DNA from: Lingula anatina
Taxonomy: Eukaryota > Animalia > Brachiopoda
Assembly (NCBI GenBank): GCA_051362555.1
Contig: CM120640.1
Span: 58,506,788 to 58,570,787 of the forward strand
Reading direction: 5' to 3'
Length of the DNA stretch: 64,000 bases
Shown here: in pieces, positions 1 through 12,538 of the stretch
Layout of the letters: every line of letters starts with the position of its first letter
How positions within the stretch are numbered: the first letter of the stretch is position 1
Position numbers and translations under genes: made by a program
The notes under the pieces: generated by a model
Seen by the model: the letters and a program-made list of their open reading frames with translations, nothing else
What the model was told of the DNA's origin: nothing
Database searches by the model: none

Positions 1-709
1 GTTGTACACATTAGACCAGGAGTTGATGAAAAAACCTTTGAAGTAATACTATGAAGAAAAGTACAGAGCTGTAGAGTTTCCAATAAACTTTGCTATTTCC
101 TGACCGAAAAGGATTAATATTTTCACTCTGCTGTGTGCTTTTTTCCTTCTAATTTGTTAGATTTTCAAACTTGATTTATGCATTTGTATACTGTTACATT
201 CAAAGTTGAGTGAAACGTATTCTAAATGCATTTGAAAATGCCCAATAGGTATGACAGTTATATCTAAACATCCTGCAAAGATATTTCTCTTTCCCAATTA
301 ATACTTTAAAAGGGATGAAACACCTGGAATTAAAGTACCTGATGTATATATTTATATGGCAATCTGAATGTCTGGCAAGCAAATTAAAACTAAATTCTTG
401 AATTAGAAATGGTATGGTAAAACAATCCAAGTGCATAGATGGGTCAAGAAATGAAACGAGAAGATTGCTTGTTTTTTTTTTCAAGGAAAATTAACTTTGA
501 CGTGAAAATCACAAGTTGGATGCCTTTAAAGTTTCAAAGTCCTTCATTGGATTTTATGAAAGTAGCACCTTTTTCTTTCACACTTTATAAACTGTTTGAT
601 CTAAGCTGTGTTGTACATGTTGAAGCAATATTAACAGCACATGTCATAGTATATTGATTTTGAGTAGTTATCACATGCCAAAAATAATATTTTACAATTC
701 ATTTTCCAG

Positions 710-913
710 AATGTCAATTCTGACTGTATTGGACAGGCTTTACAGCAGCTGGGAGGAGGAGCAGATAGACTGTGCCATGAATGTAAAAGTCTGCCAATCA
801 AAGGGGAGGATGGACAATTAGACTATGCATCCAAAACCCCTCAAGTCATACAGTGTGCATTTGATATTGCCAAAGCAGCGAAACAACTAGTCACACTGTT
901 TGAGAGGGCGTAA
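710..913 (+). CDS. GIT2: GIT-family ARF GTPase-activating protein, last coding exon (upstream exons lie outside the window)
   Basis: Acceptor ttttccag at 708-709. Exon translates NVNSDCIGQALQQLGGGADRLCHECK...TPQVIQCAFDIAKAAKQLVTLFERA*, matching the GIT C-terminal paxillin-binding motif QVIQCAYDIAKAAKQLVT. Candidate polyA ATTAAA at 2039-2044. GIT1 versus GIT2 cannot be resolved. Confidence 0.9.
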   Translation, partial: NVNSDCIGQALQQLGGGADRLCHECKSLPIKGEDGQLDYASKTPQVIQCAFDIAKAAKQLVTLFERA

Positions 914-3342
914 TGTATGTTATGTACTGTCTGTAATGTCATATTAGTCTCAGAGTGCAATGAATTTATCAAAAGTAGTCTCCATTTCTGTTTATCAGGA
1001 GTACAAAAGTAACTTTTTTGTGATGAATGATAGCCACACCAGTATAATAGGAATGAATGTTATCTTTGGTAGTAAAAACTAAAACTATTTTACAACTTCT
1101 AATTACAATAGTTTTTTGAGATGGACTTATAAGTTGCAATGTCCTGTAACCACATATCTGCAGTTGTTTGGATTATTTGCAGGTACATAAATCCTGTGTT
1201 ATGATTTATCCAAATTTCTGTTTTGGAATAGTTCTGAAGGTATACAAATGATAAAGTTACGGCAGATTATTTTCTTCAGTTTTGAATACTAGGTAGTGAG
1301 AAGGCTTTTCCTCCTGCTTTTTGTTAACATTCATATTTTTTGTTAATATCTATTTCTCTTTTTAAGGGGGCTCAGATTTAAGGGGGGGGTGCAAATTGCT
1401 TATGTTATTTATGCTTCTTTGTTTTTGAACAACGAGTATTGTTTAATGCTGTGACCATGCTTTGTAATAAGCATAACACTTAAAAAGAATAATTTGGCAA
1501 ATATAGTATTAATGAGTGCACCTCAGTATTGGTGCTCGCCTCTGAATCTGTTCCACAGTGTTTCCTGGGCTAAAGAAGATGTCCAGCATACAGTATATTA
1601 CGTTTGTTTTTGAGGATCTCCTTTGGCTTTGTCAGCTACATAATATTTTAGTCTGTATTTGTATCGAGATGTAACTACACATTGTCCTGTTCCTGTGGTT
1701 AAATCTCACTGTGTGAGGTGCCATACTCATGAAGACTGCTTGACAATGTTATGATTGTGTTAGTGCATGGCCCACCATGAAGAATGGATATTGGTATTTA
1801 GAAAAACAATCAGACATTACAATGTTGAGCTATGTCGAATCTCTGGACCCGTTTCCAGGGACCTTAATGCACTATTTATTATTATTATTATTATAAGTAC
1901 GTATTTGTAGTCGACATTTTTGTACATATGTAAATGCTACTGCTACAACTGACAGTAACACTCTTTGTATTGTATGTATTTAAATGTGTAAGTAGATATG
2001 TAATCCATACTATCCATTGCAATTGTATGATTGTGAACATTAAAGTAAAATAAGTTTCAAAATTATCAATCATTAACTGGTTGTTTCCTTAGCTTATTTT
2101 AAAAGGGAGAATCTGCCTAGATTTTAATCAATTACAAAAATTAACTTTGTATACTGGTATACATACTTAAACAACCATCGAGGCTTCAAATTTCCCCAAA
2201 CCGACCATAGCGCAACACTGTACTGTAAAAAAAAAATGATCCAAAAATTGGCTGGTCGCTGTTTCCGGGCCTATAATTGTACAAATTTCTCTCTTATTTA
2301 CATATATTTCAATGTTTGCCCCCAACAGCGTGAGTATCTCATTTTCTTTGAAAAGCTCTTAAAAGGTTTAATACCTTTAATTGCGAAATCAAATTAACAT
2401 ATGGACTTGTATTGAGTAGTTCTATAATTATATTAATATATGTTGTTTTCAATTTCTTGTCAAAATCGAGTCACTCGTCTTCACTATACCTGTAGATAAC
2501 TTAACACGAAGATCATTGGCTTGAAATGCACGGATATGGTTTTATTCGGTACCTTTCCATAAACGGCAAAGGTGGGCCTGACTGGAATTCACGATTATCT
2601 CCCGCCATTATAAGCATCAGATTGTGACCTCGATGGTAATATATTTTCTACCAGAGATCAGTTTGGTGTTGGCGCCTTTTCTTATATTGTATAGAAAAAT
2701 TGCCACCAGACCCCTGGTAATAACTGAAAGCGAGTATTACCAAAAGGAAACTCTTCCTTGTTGCGTAAATTGTCTTTGCTTATCGGTCTAACCAGACATA
2801 TGGTACGGAGGGGTTTCCTATTGTCTTCCCGTGGTCGGCTCCACAAAGCCAACCGGGTGTCAAAAAGAACTTGTTTTATATTTTGCAGACTTGCGCTCGA
2901 GTTGCTCTTTAAAAATAGGTAAAAGTTGCACGTGGCATCTTTCGATCGTGAGTTATCGCGGTCGAGCTGACGGTTAAGGTCAAAACAATTAACTCATGAT
3001 TTCTGACATATGGAGCCTATGGAGGTTATGCAATAGTGACCAACCCTATTTGAAAACTTTCTCTCACTGGGCACAGCAGTGTGCATATAAAAATACATCT
3101 AGCTCTCTTTGGTCCTGATAGAAGGTATTTTTCGTGCTTTTAATTTTCATCAACTTTTCCTACAGAGCAACTAGTATGGCAGATCGATTTGCAATTCGTC
3201 TCAAAATAAAAGTACTGGAAATCCGTCGCAGACTGTTTATACGATACGCTTGCCAAATTGATTGCGAATTTGGCCTGCCGCCAGGTCGGCCTGACACGTG
3301 ACAGTCTCGTGTACCTGTCCAGTGTGTAAATGCTTCTACAGA

Positions 3343-3397
3343 CGTGGTAGAAATTTGAACACTAGTATCGTGGTAGAAATTTGAACACTAGTATCGT
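3343..3397. repeat. 26-bp perfect tandem duplication
   Basis: cgtggtagaaatttgaacactagtat occurs twice in direct succession (3343, 3369). Confidence 0.9.
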
Positions 3398-4099
3398 CCA
3401 AATATTTGTCCAGTTATTTCTTCTACCCCATCACTTCTCATTTGGAAAAAAATAATTCTTTTTTTCTAAAATAATTTCAGTACCGTATGATTCACAGTAC
3501 CGTATGATCTTGGGCGCAAAGTCTTTTCGAAATAATAATACAAGGTTTGAATCAAAGTTCTGTAGTAGTAATATTTGGGGGAATGCATTTAATTTCTATA
3601 ATCTGGAAAATGGTAACGGAATGCATGAAAAAGCTTTATATATAAGAGCGTTTAAATGTTTATGATATCATTTTTTTTTTTTTTTTTTGGAACAGAGACC
3701 TTTTATTTTAAAATTATTTAATTTTTTGTTTAGATAGGAAATGTGTAAAAAATGGCTCAAAAGATCACGGAGCATACAGAATTAAGTAGATATATAGATG
3801 AACATATAGAAGTTGATTACTTTATTGACAGCAAAAATATTGAAATTTATTCTCCTGAAAGAAAATGGGAAAGGAAGCTGTAGAATCATAGAGTTGGTAG
3901 CCGAACAGTTAATTAATGGATCAGCGATGGGTGTGCATGTGTGTCACAGTCATGTTTATTCTGAAATCTGATGGGGGGGGGGGGGGGGGGGGCTTGAACG
4001 AACTGGGCCTCTCGGCTTTATATACTTTCATTTGGGTGACTTCAGATAGATTCGTGACATTTTCTCTGGTGTGCCTTTATAATAATCAGTAATGCGGAT

Positions 4100-4400
4100 T
4101 GCCGTTGGCAGATTTTAAATCCCAGTTCTGTAAAACGTATTACACGTTTAAAAACTGGACAAATCTGAAATTCTGGTGATAGGCTTCCGTCTCCAATGGA
4201 GGGTACCGTTATTGCAAGTTTGTTAGGAAGTTTACCTTTCCGTACGTACCATGTGCATTGATCAATATTAGGAAGGCATATTTTGCTTCATCAACGATAA
4301 TAATCCGATCACGTGTCGACCATGTACTTGGGTATAGTTGTGGATACCCACTGAACCAATACACTGCAATAAGGCTATTCTAATGCAGAGCAAACTCATT
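4100..4400 (+). mobile_element. Degraded non-LTR retrotransposon (L2/CR1-like) RT fragment; boundaries approximate
   Basis: Broken frames give KLDKSEILVIGFRLQ (~4152-4196) and YLGIVVDTH* (~4325-4354), resembling the LKLNxxKTExLxIG and YLGVxxD motifs after the RT core. Confidence 0.5.
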
Positions 4401-5099
4401 ATTAGAACCTATCCCACAATTACGTTCAGCCTTGACCAAGGTGAATCTGAACAATGGCGATGAATGGAACTTTCACGTGACTAGCACATGAATTGCTGTC
4501 GGGTAATTTCTAAATCTATTATGCATGGCTCTAGAACGTTGAATGCCAGGCTGGAAAGGATGACTAATGCGGGGATTTCTCGTGTTTGGTTTTTTTCCAT
4601 TACCGAGGAAACCTTCAGTTGAAGCCGACGCGATGTAAACAACTAATTAACTAATAGATTCACTGTGAGGTGTAAATGTCAAACTGGTTTTAAATTTCTC
4701 CTCTAGTTTTAATTCAATTTAGACATAAAAATGGCAGCATGGGCATATATTCACTTTGATATTGTTGAACCGAGCTATATAAAGTTATATAAAGTACATG
4801 TAGGCCTACGCAATATTTTGAGAATAATGAGGTCAAAATTTAACATTCAGACAATATATGAGTAGGCCTTAACAATTGGCCTGTAGGTTAATGAATTATT
4901 TTATTTTTTTCCAGATCACAATGTATAATATCATATATTCAATTTGTTCTATAAACCCTCTATGCCTGATGTATATAATGCAATCTTGATAAAAATCATT
5001 CAATAAATACTATTGGAAAGAACTGAAAGGCGAAAGTATAGCTAATATGTGTGTACTGAGTATGTGAGTGCGTGTGTCAACATCATGTACTCGCACGTA

Positions 5100-5460
5100 A
5101 ACACACGTGACTCACAAAACAATACCTTTTGTTAATCAGTTGGTTCGTTGCGTAATTATGTAACCCCGTTCTCTCGGTTATGTGCATGTAGTCTGTTCTG
5201 GGTAGTAATATCAGCTGAATTCCCTTTAATGAAAATAAACAGATGCACGTTGTTTCGGGTTGCTTCTGTATTACACAAACATACATGTACAGTGCAGTCA
5301 GCCACCAGCTCGATTTATTATGATGACGTAGTAAAGGTCATTTGGGGTGAGGAGGAATTCTATCCATTCAGTAATTTTCCGTTTCTGGAAAATTCCCGTG
5401 AACGATTATCGGACTGTCCGAGCTGTATATATACAGGCACGTACATGGCTCCCACATTCA
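5100..5460 (+). promoter_or_regulatory. Putative promoter of the GT4 gene: TATA box, heat-shock element and bZIP/bHLH sites
   Basis: TATATATA 5426-5433, about 25-30 bp before an Inr-like cattca (~5455-5460). Perfect TTC-nn-GAA-nn-TTC at 5383-5395. TGACGT at 5324. TTGCGTAA 5148-5155, TTATGTAA 5157-5164, CACGTG 5104-5109. Confidence 0.55.
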
Positions 5461-5537
5461 AAGCGTCCATAATCACAAGAGGTGATCAGAAGAAAATTTA
5501 AAGAGAAAAAGGAAAACAAATTAGTTGTTACTTGAAG

Positions 5538-5976
5538 GTAAAGGAGGCGAAAACTACCGAAACCGTAACTTTAATAGGAGGTGAGGATCCGATTTGTTCT
5601 TATGTAGACTAAAGTCTTTAAACAATTTAAAAGTTAAAGGCATTTTTGTGAATTATGAGTGATTGTTGTTTTAAAACAAATTTTTGTAGAGACACTGAAG
5701 GTTATAAACGTTAATAATAATATTATAATAATGATAATAATAATAATGTGATCACAGCTGATCAATAGATCAGAGATGAATTTCCACAACGTTTTCACGT
5801 AATTGCGTGCGGATGTCGTGTTTCTAGAAAAATCTGGAAAGACTGACCTGCTGGCTGCTGCATGATAAATATACTTTTATACCATCGAAAGATCGTTGGT
5901 TTGGTAAGAAAACACTTTCTTGTTTACGCTTTTTTCGACAACAAGTGGATATATTTATGTTTTTTAATTTTTACAG
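5538..5976 (+). other. Predicted spliceosomal intron in the 5'UTR of the GT4 gene
   Basis: Donor AAG|GTAAAG at 5538. Pyrimidine-rich acceptor ttttttaatttttacAG at 5975-5976, four bases before the ATG at 5981. Confidence 0.7.
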
Positions 5977-5980
5977 CAAT

Positions 5981-7225
5981 ATGGTGCCTGAAAAAAACAA
6001 CAACAAGCTTATACGTGTTGCTATGATCTCTGTGCACGGCAACCCCCTGGTGTCAGATTCAGAGCTGGGCTCCGACGGCAAGGGCGGACAAAACATTTAT
6101 GTCCGTGAAGTCGGCAAGCAAATGTCCAAGCAGGGCTACGATGTCACCTGGTTTACGCGCAGCGAGTCTCCGGATGAAGTGGGCTTGGTCACATTATCAC
6201 CGACTCTCAGGTGTCAGTATATCACGGCTGGACCCCAGGAGCACATTAACCGCGATTTCCTCTTTCCTTACCTCGAGGATTTCATTTCTCAAATTGACAC
6301 TTCTAAATTCGACTGTGCATTTACGAACTACTGGCTCAGCGGTTACGTGGGCCTACGTTTAGACTTACCGCAACTTCACGTCCACCATTCCCTGGGGAGT
6401 CAGAAGTATGAGCGTGAGCCCATGCCAGAAATCGGACCAATTCGTCTGAAGGTAGAGGAAGCAATCAACAAACATGCTGATTGCGTAGTACACCAGACCA
6501 CGTCTGAAGTCGAATCGTGTAAAGCGAAAAACCCGGTTCTCATTAAGGCTGGGATCAACACGGAACGATTCGAAGCGTTGGATTCTAGGGCGGCGAAAAG
6601 AGACCTTGGTTTCAGTGACGATACCATTAATGTTTTATTTGCCGGGCGATTTGCAACACAGAAGGGCATTCCATTTGCCATCGAGGCCATGAAGAAAACC
6701 AAAGTTCCTCACCACTTTAGATTAATCGGAAACTACAGAGGTAGTGACTATGAATACCTTGTCCAAGAAAACCCTCAACTTGAATTTTTGGGTCAGAAAA
6801 CTCCAGATGAACTTTCAAAGTACATGGCTGCATCGGACATTTTAATAATGCCATCTCTTTATGAACCATTCGGTATCGTTGCTATTGAAGCTATGGCCGC
6901 AGGCTGTTGCATGATAGTGACATCTGTAGGCGGACTAAATGAGATTGTGCAAGACGGTGTCCACGGTTGCAAAGTCCCCCCAGGTGACGCAGACGCGATC
7001 TGTGCTGCCTTTGAAAAACTTGCCAGAGATTTAAACAAAATGCGAGAAACTGGGGAGAACAATCGTAAAGTAGCATTCGAACAATACAGCTGGGCAGCCA
7101 CTGCCGGTAGCATCGGTCAGAAACTCAAAAACTTGCTCACCCGAGATAAACGCACGACCTTCGATAAGATATCCAAATCCTTCACACACAGAAATATAAT
7201 TGGAACAAGAGTCGGTCGCGGTTAA
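5981..7225 (+). CDS. GT4 (GT-B fold) retaining glycosyltransferase, bacterial type, similar to cyanobacterial unidomain sucrose-phosphate synthase / MshA group; 414 aa, intronless CDS
   Basis: Motifs RVAMISVHGNP..LG....GGQNIYVRE, FTR, AGP...RD.LF.YL..F, TNYWLSG, HSLG..KY, GRF...KG and EPFGIVAIE (EX7E). ATG 5981 follows a splice acceptor. ATTAAA at 7364-7369. Confidence 0.9.
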   Translation: MVPEKNNNKLIRVAMISVHGNPLVSDSELGSDGKGGQNIYVREVGKQMSKQGYDVTWFTRSESPDEVGLVTLSPTLRCQYITAGPQEHINRDFLFPYLEDFISQIDTSKFDCAFTNYWLSGYVGLRLDLPQLHVHHSLGSQKYEREPMPEIGPIRLKVEEAINKHADCVVHQTTSEVESCKAKNPVLIKAGINTERFEALDSRAAKRDLGFSDDTINVLFAGRFATQKGIPFAIEAMKKTKVPHHFRLIGNYRGSDYEYLVQENPQLEFLGQKTPDELSKYMAASDILIMPSLYEPFGIVAIEAMAAGCCMIVTSVGGLNEIVQDGVHGCKVPPGDADAICAAFEKLARDLNKMRETGENNRKVAFEQYSWAATAGSIGQKLKNLLTRDKRTTFDKISKSFTHRNIIGTRVGRG

Positions 7226-10068
7226 ATGTGCATGAACTAACTGGCGAACTTAATGTGCATGAAAAGACTATTTTATTTTGATATGAACTATTCTTTACAA
7301 ACAAATGTCCATATTTCTGTATCATATTGTAATACACTGTACATAGACACATAGAAAATATACATTAAAGATTTTTGATAAGATATTCAAAGTGTTTTGT
7401 TACTTAAATCACGTTTTAATCATGCAATTTGTTGACATCTTGACAGAAAACTCCAAAGCGCGCTCAAATGTCAAATGTCAGCCCCTGAATGGTTTACGGA
7501 CTAGGCCTAAAATAAGCTTACAGATTTCAGAACCCAATATACATGTAAACTGGATCCCGGGTAAAATTGGAGAAAAAGTGCCAAACAATGAGCCAAATTA
7601 CGTATAACGTTGATGTACTGTATCATAAAAAGCGGCTAAAATCAATAAAATCAAAAATGAAGTGTACATTTACGAGACATTCAGATGTAGACTATGCATT
7701 TAAAACCCTCGATGTCGTCGATTACATTGCTCTGGCTGACAGGTGCATGTATTATATAGTAAAACAGAGATGACTCTGAATATTCCAGGAAAAAAATCTG
7801 TATATTTCGGGGCAACAGTACCAGAGACGGATACTAGATCTATGTTCACTTTACCAGTCAGCTGTATAATCTCCTTTTAACCAGGTTCGGAAATTGTATT
7901 ACGATTCAAATAGTAATGTCGCACCTTATTAGTGTTATTTCTATCCTTGATCTGAATTATAAACGTAAACAAAGTGCGACATCACGAGTCGCTACTTAAT
8001 ATCTGTATTACTTTGCACGAAATGGGTTAGATCGTCCGATTGCTCTCGAACTCTGGCGGGTTCAGCAGGCCAGTCGTGTATCATTTTTTTTTCTGAAGTA
8101 TGACAAAAACGTTATCCACTGTTATTTTCCTGTCATTTCAGTTTAATACAAATGATATAGTTCTTGATTAAGTCATCGTTATTATGTAAATCTTACCTTA
8201 TTTTTTTCTCTGAACGAGATTTTGAGATTCTGAAGGTCGTTCAAGGTTATGATATCGAGGAAAATTCCCAAGGACGGCTAATGTTAATGTTCAGCCACGT
8301 TAAATACTGCCTTACCACAGAAACACGCGTCACGCAATCGATTTTATCTTGCATATTTGTTGAAAAAAATAAGTCCTATTCTGCACAGCTGATGTACTAA
8401 ACTATGTACGCCTGAGGAATGTCAAAGGAGAAAAAAATAGTAAAAAATAACTACCAAACATATGCCTTTTGACACATTGTCCGATGTTTGACTTCATTTT
8501 TACAAGCGTCCCTATTTCCTGAAAATGTGTTGGAAAGCGTATGCCGGGTAGAAGAAAGGCACCGCTAACTGCTCTATAGGCCTATATAACGTACCACCAA
8601 ACGTAACACCAATTATGCTGTTTTATATTAAAAATACCAATAAAGTAAGATATGATTACAAAATTATATTATATTTGTCAAAACGATGTAATTATCCCTG
8701 GCAGAGTACCAAAGAAAGAAGGCAAGACGACTATCTATAAAAATTCCTTGAGGTTGATTTCCACTTTCCCTCGGCCTAAATGTGAGCTTCTACAGTGCAC
8801 ACCTATCGCACACCTATCGCACGCCCTTGAATATGCCAAAACAATGAAAATTTGGTTTTTACATATAGGGAGCTTTACCATAGAATTATCCCTGAGGATG
8901 ACCCAGTGAACTTGAGTGAAGTGTTCATTCGGCCTTGTTGGCCTATGCTATCCGTAATACTGTAAATGATTTGAAAACAGCTTGGGCTTTATCTATCGTA
9001 TTTTATTACAGACAAACGTCTAGAGCATGTAAGTTTGAACATTCTTGTGTTTGCATTGTCAGTGTCCTGCTAGTAGGCAGGATGGGGAGGGTGGGGAGCT
9101 TTAAAGCGCCGCTTTTTTGACTGGAATACATGTATGTCATCTCTCAAGTAAGGTCAACCAAAGGGGGAAAATGGGCCCCCTTTTCAGAAAAAGACTCCCT
9201 TTTAAATTGCTAGCTATAGGCATGTACATGGTTTTAATTATTCTAACGTCTTCATGTAAAATCCAACAGATTTTTACCAAGATCTTGTTTTTTCCTATTT
9301 TACCTCAGTCTCTTGTATTCTGGTGTGTTGCACAATAGGTACATGTATGATTAGGACACGTGAATAGGATTTTTCCGTCGAAGTCGTAGTTGCGGTTGTA
9401 TGATTGATCATCGCAGACCAGCACGTAAGGCTAAACTAGTAAAATCAATAAAATGTTCATTAGCGGAAAATTTCACAAACGGTGACTGGGATGCGCCTTC
9501 CATAATTATTGAATGAAGTAGTAATATGTAGTCTATTTTCCAAATGATATCTGCCACTGGAATACGAGATTTTCTTTTTAGATGCTTGTACTAGTGTCCA
9601 AAGGTACCTTTAAATAAATTACAAATAAATTAATTTTATTATATCATGTCTGCAGCTTCTTAGCTACCCATACAGAAAGAAAATCACTCCTTTTGCTTTA
9701 GAGTCGAATTTGTACGCGAAGTTATGCAAGACATAGAGGCCGACATATTGACACAATATTCTTCATGGAAGTGATTTTTTAACGCGAAAAAAATATCGAT
9801 CTGCATAGTTAATTAAGGTCAAAATGTTTATGTTCAAGTGGTTATGGTAGGTTGCAGTGCGATTATGGTAATGTCTGTGCACGCGCGCAAATGACGTGTG
9901 TGTGTGTCTATAAAGATTTTAAATGTCCATTACTTGATACGATGAATAGCATATACCAGCTGCCTTTTAGGAATTTTTGGGTCCCCACTTTTTGAAGGTT
10001 CAATTCAAACGGTACATATTGATTTACTTCGAAAAAGTTGGAAACTATTTTTCACACATGTACACACG

Positions 10069-10110
10069 CACACACACACACACACACACACATGCACATA
10101 CACACACAAA

Positions 10111-10149
<39 letters not shown>

Positions 10150-10170
10150 AATAAAATAAAATAAAATAAA
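10069..10170. repeat. Compound microsatellite (CA)n-(AAAT)n
   Basis: Directly visible. Confidence 0.9.
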
Positions 10171-10901
10171 GATAATAAAAACAGTAACGATAACAATTAA
10201 AAAGATATGAAAAAAGGGGCTCATAGGTTCGAAACTTAATTTTCTGTTTTAGCAATATGATCTACCAATAAACCTACTTGGGACTACTGATCCCTCAGAC
10301 TTCTAGATGCGTGGTGATGTCTTCTCATTAGCGATTCATTGCATTGCTCATTGATACCGAACAGTGATAAACATCCCTGAAAAACAAACTATTTCAATAA
10401 TGAAACAACACTCCTTTCGATTTAATTCCTGATACATTTGTAGCAAAATCATTTCTAAAACTAAATATGAAGGTACCGCTGAAGACGGCATTATTTCCCC
10501 GCGAAAAAGAACGACGTCAATGAAATGTTATTATTATCTCCTCGTTTCACGCTTCAGCAAGAAGGGGACTTATTCAGACCCGGTAGCATGTAGACACGAA
10601 AATTAGTTTAATGGCATTATTTACTTCCATTATAGGCTCTATGGGTAATCCCCTGGTGAGGTTCACCAATAAAAAGTAAGAGACGAAATACACGGCAGTC
10701 ACATACCTAGAAAAAGTCTATTCTATTGGTATTTTTGATTATTAAAAAACAATTAATAAAAATACTAATGTAAATATAATTAAAAGAAATCAGAGCTCTC
10801 TGTCTTCAATTTGTATTACACATAAGAGCATTTCCCAAACCATCTTTAAAACAAAGGTAAATAAGGAACTAGAATGGAATGAAAACGAACTGTGAAATTA
10901 C

Positions 10902-10908
10902 TATAAAA
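10902..10908 (+). promoter_or_regulatory. TATA box of LPMO paralog 1
   Basis: TATAAAA 78 bp upstream of the ATG. Context tataaaatggccgaa is conserved in paralog 2 (tataaaagggctgaa). Confidence 0.65.
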
Positions 10909-10979
10909 TGGCCGAATCTGTCTAGCACAACACAAGACAAATTTCACTATTACAAAGAATCAAAATAAGCGTAGAGGCA

Positions 10980-12538
10980 ATGTCAGTAAGGTATATGCTG
11001 TATCTCCTTTGTTGTGCCGCCAGTGTTTGTGGCCATGGGCGTTTGATGGAGCCCCCGTCCCGCTCAAGTTTATGGAGGTTTCAAGAATTCAGCGGGAGAG
11101 TGACACCAAATTATAACGATAATGAACTGTTTTGTGGAGGGATTTTTGTAAGTTTTTTTTTACTTGAGCAATAAACAGAATGTTTCGATCCACTGTAAAG
11201 AACGGTGATAAAATTTTGAACGACTTTTGAATCAGGCGTGTTAAAGTGAGCAGCCCTGACATACTTACATCATTTTCCTTCTTCAGAATTTTTTTTCACC
11301 TGATACGAAGACCAGTGTTCATTTTGACTATGAATGGTTTACAGGGTTTCTTTGAAGTATAGAAACAAAAATCATTACCTCGTTTTTACGTTTAATTCCA
11401 GAGGCAGTACCGACAAAATGGAGGGCAATGTGGCGTGTGTGGAGACCCCTGGGACGAACCACCACCTAGAGCTAACGAAAATGGTGGCACTTTCGACTTC
11501 GGAATCATTTCACGCATTTACAAAATTGGTCAAACAATCACAGCAAAAGTCGACATCACTGCAAACCACAGAGGTTGGTTTGAATTCCGCATATGTCCAA
11601 ATGACGAGCCTTCTGTACAGGTTACTCACGAGTGCTTGGATCAATATCTTCTGGAACTCGCTGACGGCTCAGGAACACGCTGGGAAGTCATTTCAGATGA
11701 GAAAAGATTGTTTGAGATCCAACTTCGTTTGCCGTCCTGCCTCCGCTGTGAGCACTGCGTTTTCCAATGGAAATACCACGCAGGTAATTATGGAGAGCAA
11801 ATAATTAGTTCAAAACTCTATTATAGCCAATTTACATCATGTGCAATGTCACCCTTACCTTTTTCTATAACTTAAAAATAATCTTTAAATAAAGTTCGCG
11901 TCGAATTTAAGTTATTGCTGTCATTTGCAAATTGCTTATTGTTATGCAACTGATCCAGTAAATATACCGGTATTGTAAACATCGTGTATGACTTTTCAAG
12001 TCAGACCTTTGCAATCGATCCTGCTTCTTTTCACACAAAAATCCCGCCACTTTTCTTTTGTATACAATGAAAAAATGTCACTCATTTACTTAAAATACAT
12101 GTAAATTCTTTTTTTCTTTAGTTAACTACACAAACAATATAACCTGACATATAATAGATTACATCTGAAAGGTATGGGTAATAAAATGACTCCCAGGATA
12201 AGCAAAACTCGTTTTCTTTCCAAGGAAATACATGGGGGACTAGAGAACAAGAGGAGTTTTACGGTTGTGCAGATATCCAGATCACCGATGATGACGCAAA
12301 ACTGACAGTTAGTTCGTCAATTGCGACTGGTGTAACAACAAGCAGCACAACTACCGCATCGGCCCTCCTGGTGACTGATTCAGCAACGATTGAACCCTTG
12401 TCTTCCAAACCAACAAGTAAACAATGTGTGGGTTTACCTCCGTACGACAGGAACATAGGCATAAACGAATGGTGCACCGACCAGTGCAATAAGATGCCAG
12501 TGTACTGCCCACCTACTATGTGTACCTGTGAATATTAG
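10980..12538 (+). CDS. Secreted AA15-type lytic polysaccharide monooxygenase, paralog 1, 287 aa, with short Ser/Thr linker and one C-terminal six-Cys module
   Basis: Exons 10980-11147, 11402-11783, 12225-12538 with GT-AG junctions and consistent phases. Signal peptide then N-terminal His (HGRLMEPPSRSS). Motifs NYNDNELFCGG, CGVCGDPW, TANH.GWFEFRIC, CVFQWKY..GN.WG, QEEFYGCADI. AATAAA at 12669. Confidence 0.92.

Noticed and set aside
2150-3330. Possible TIR element between GIT and the GT4 gene
   Set aside because: The candidate termini match only weakly and no TSD is visible.
5945-5980. GTG start and N-terminal extension MDIFMFFNFYSN of the 426-aa ORF
   Set aside because: It is the polypyrimidine tract and acceptor of the predicted 5'UTR intron. 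ATG 5981 is the plausible start.
6099-7113. Overlapping alternative-frame and antisense ORFs in the GT4 gene
   Set aside because: These are shadow ORFs of a GC-richer CDS with no recognisable motifs.
5981-7225. Bacterial contaminant or symbiont insert explaining the GT4
   Set aside because: There are no neighbouring bacterial genes or operon context. The flanks are AT-rich with microsatellites, splice signals and a polyA signal. Read-level confirmation is still needed.
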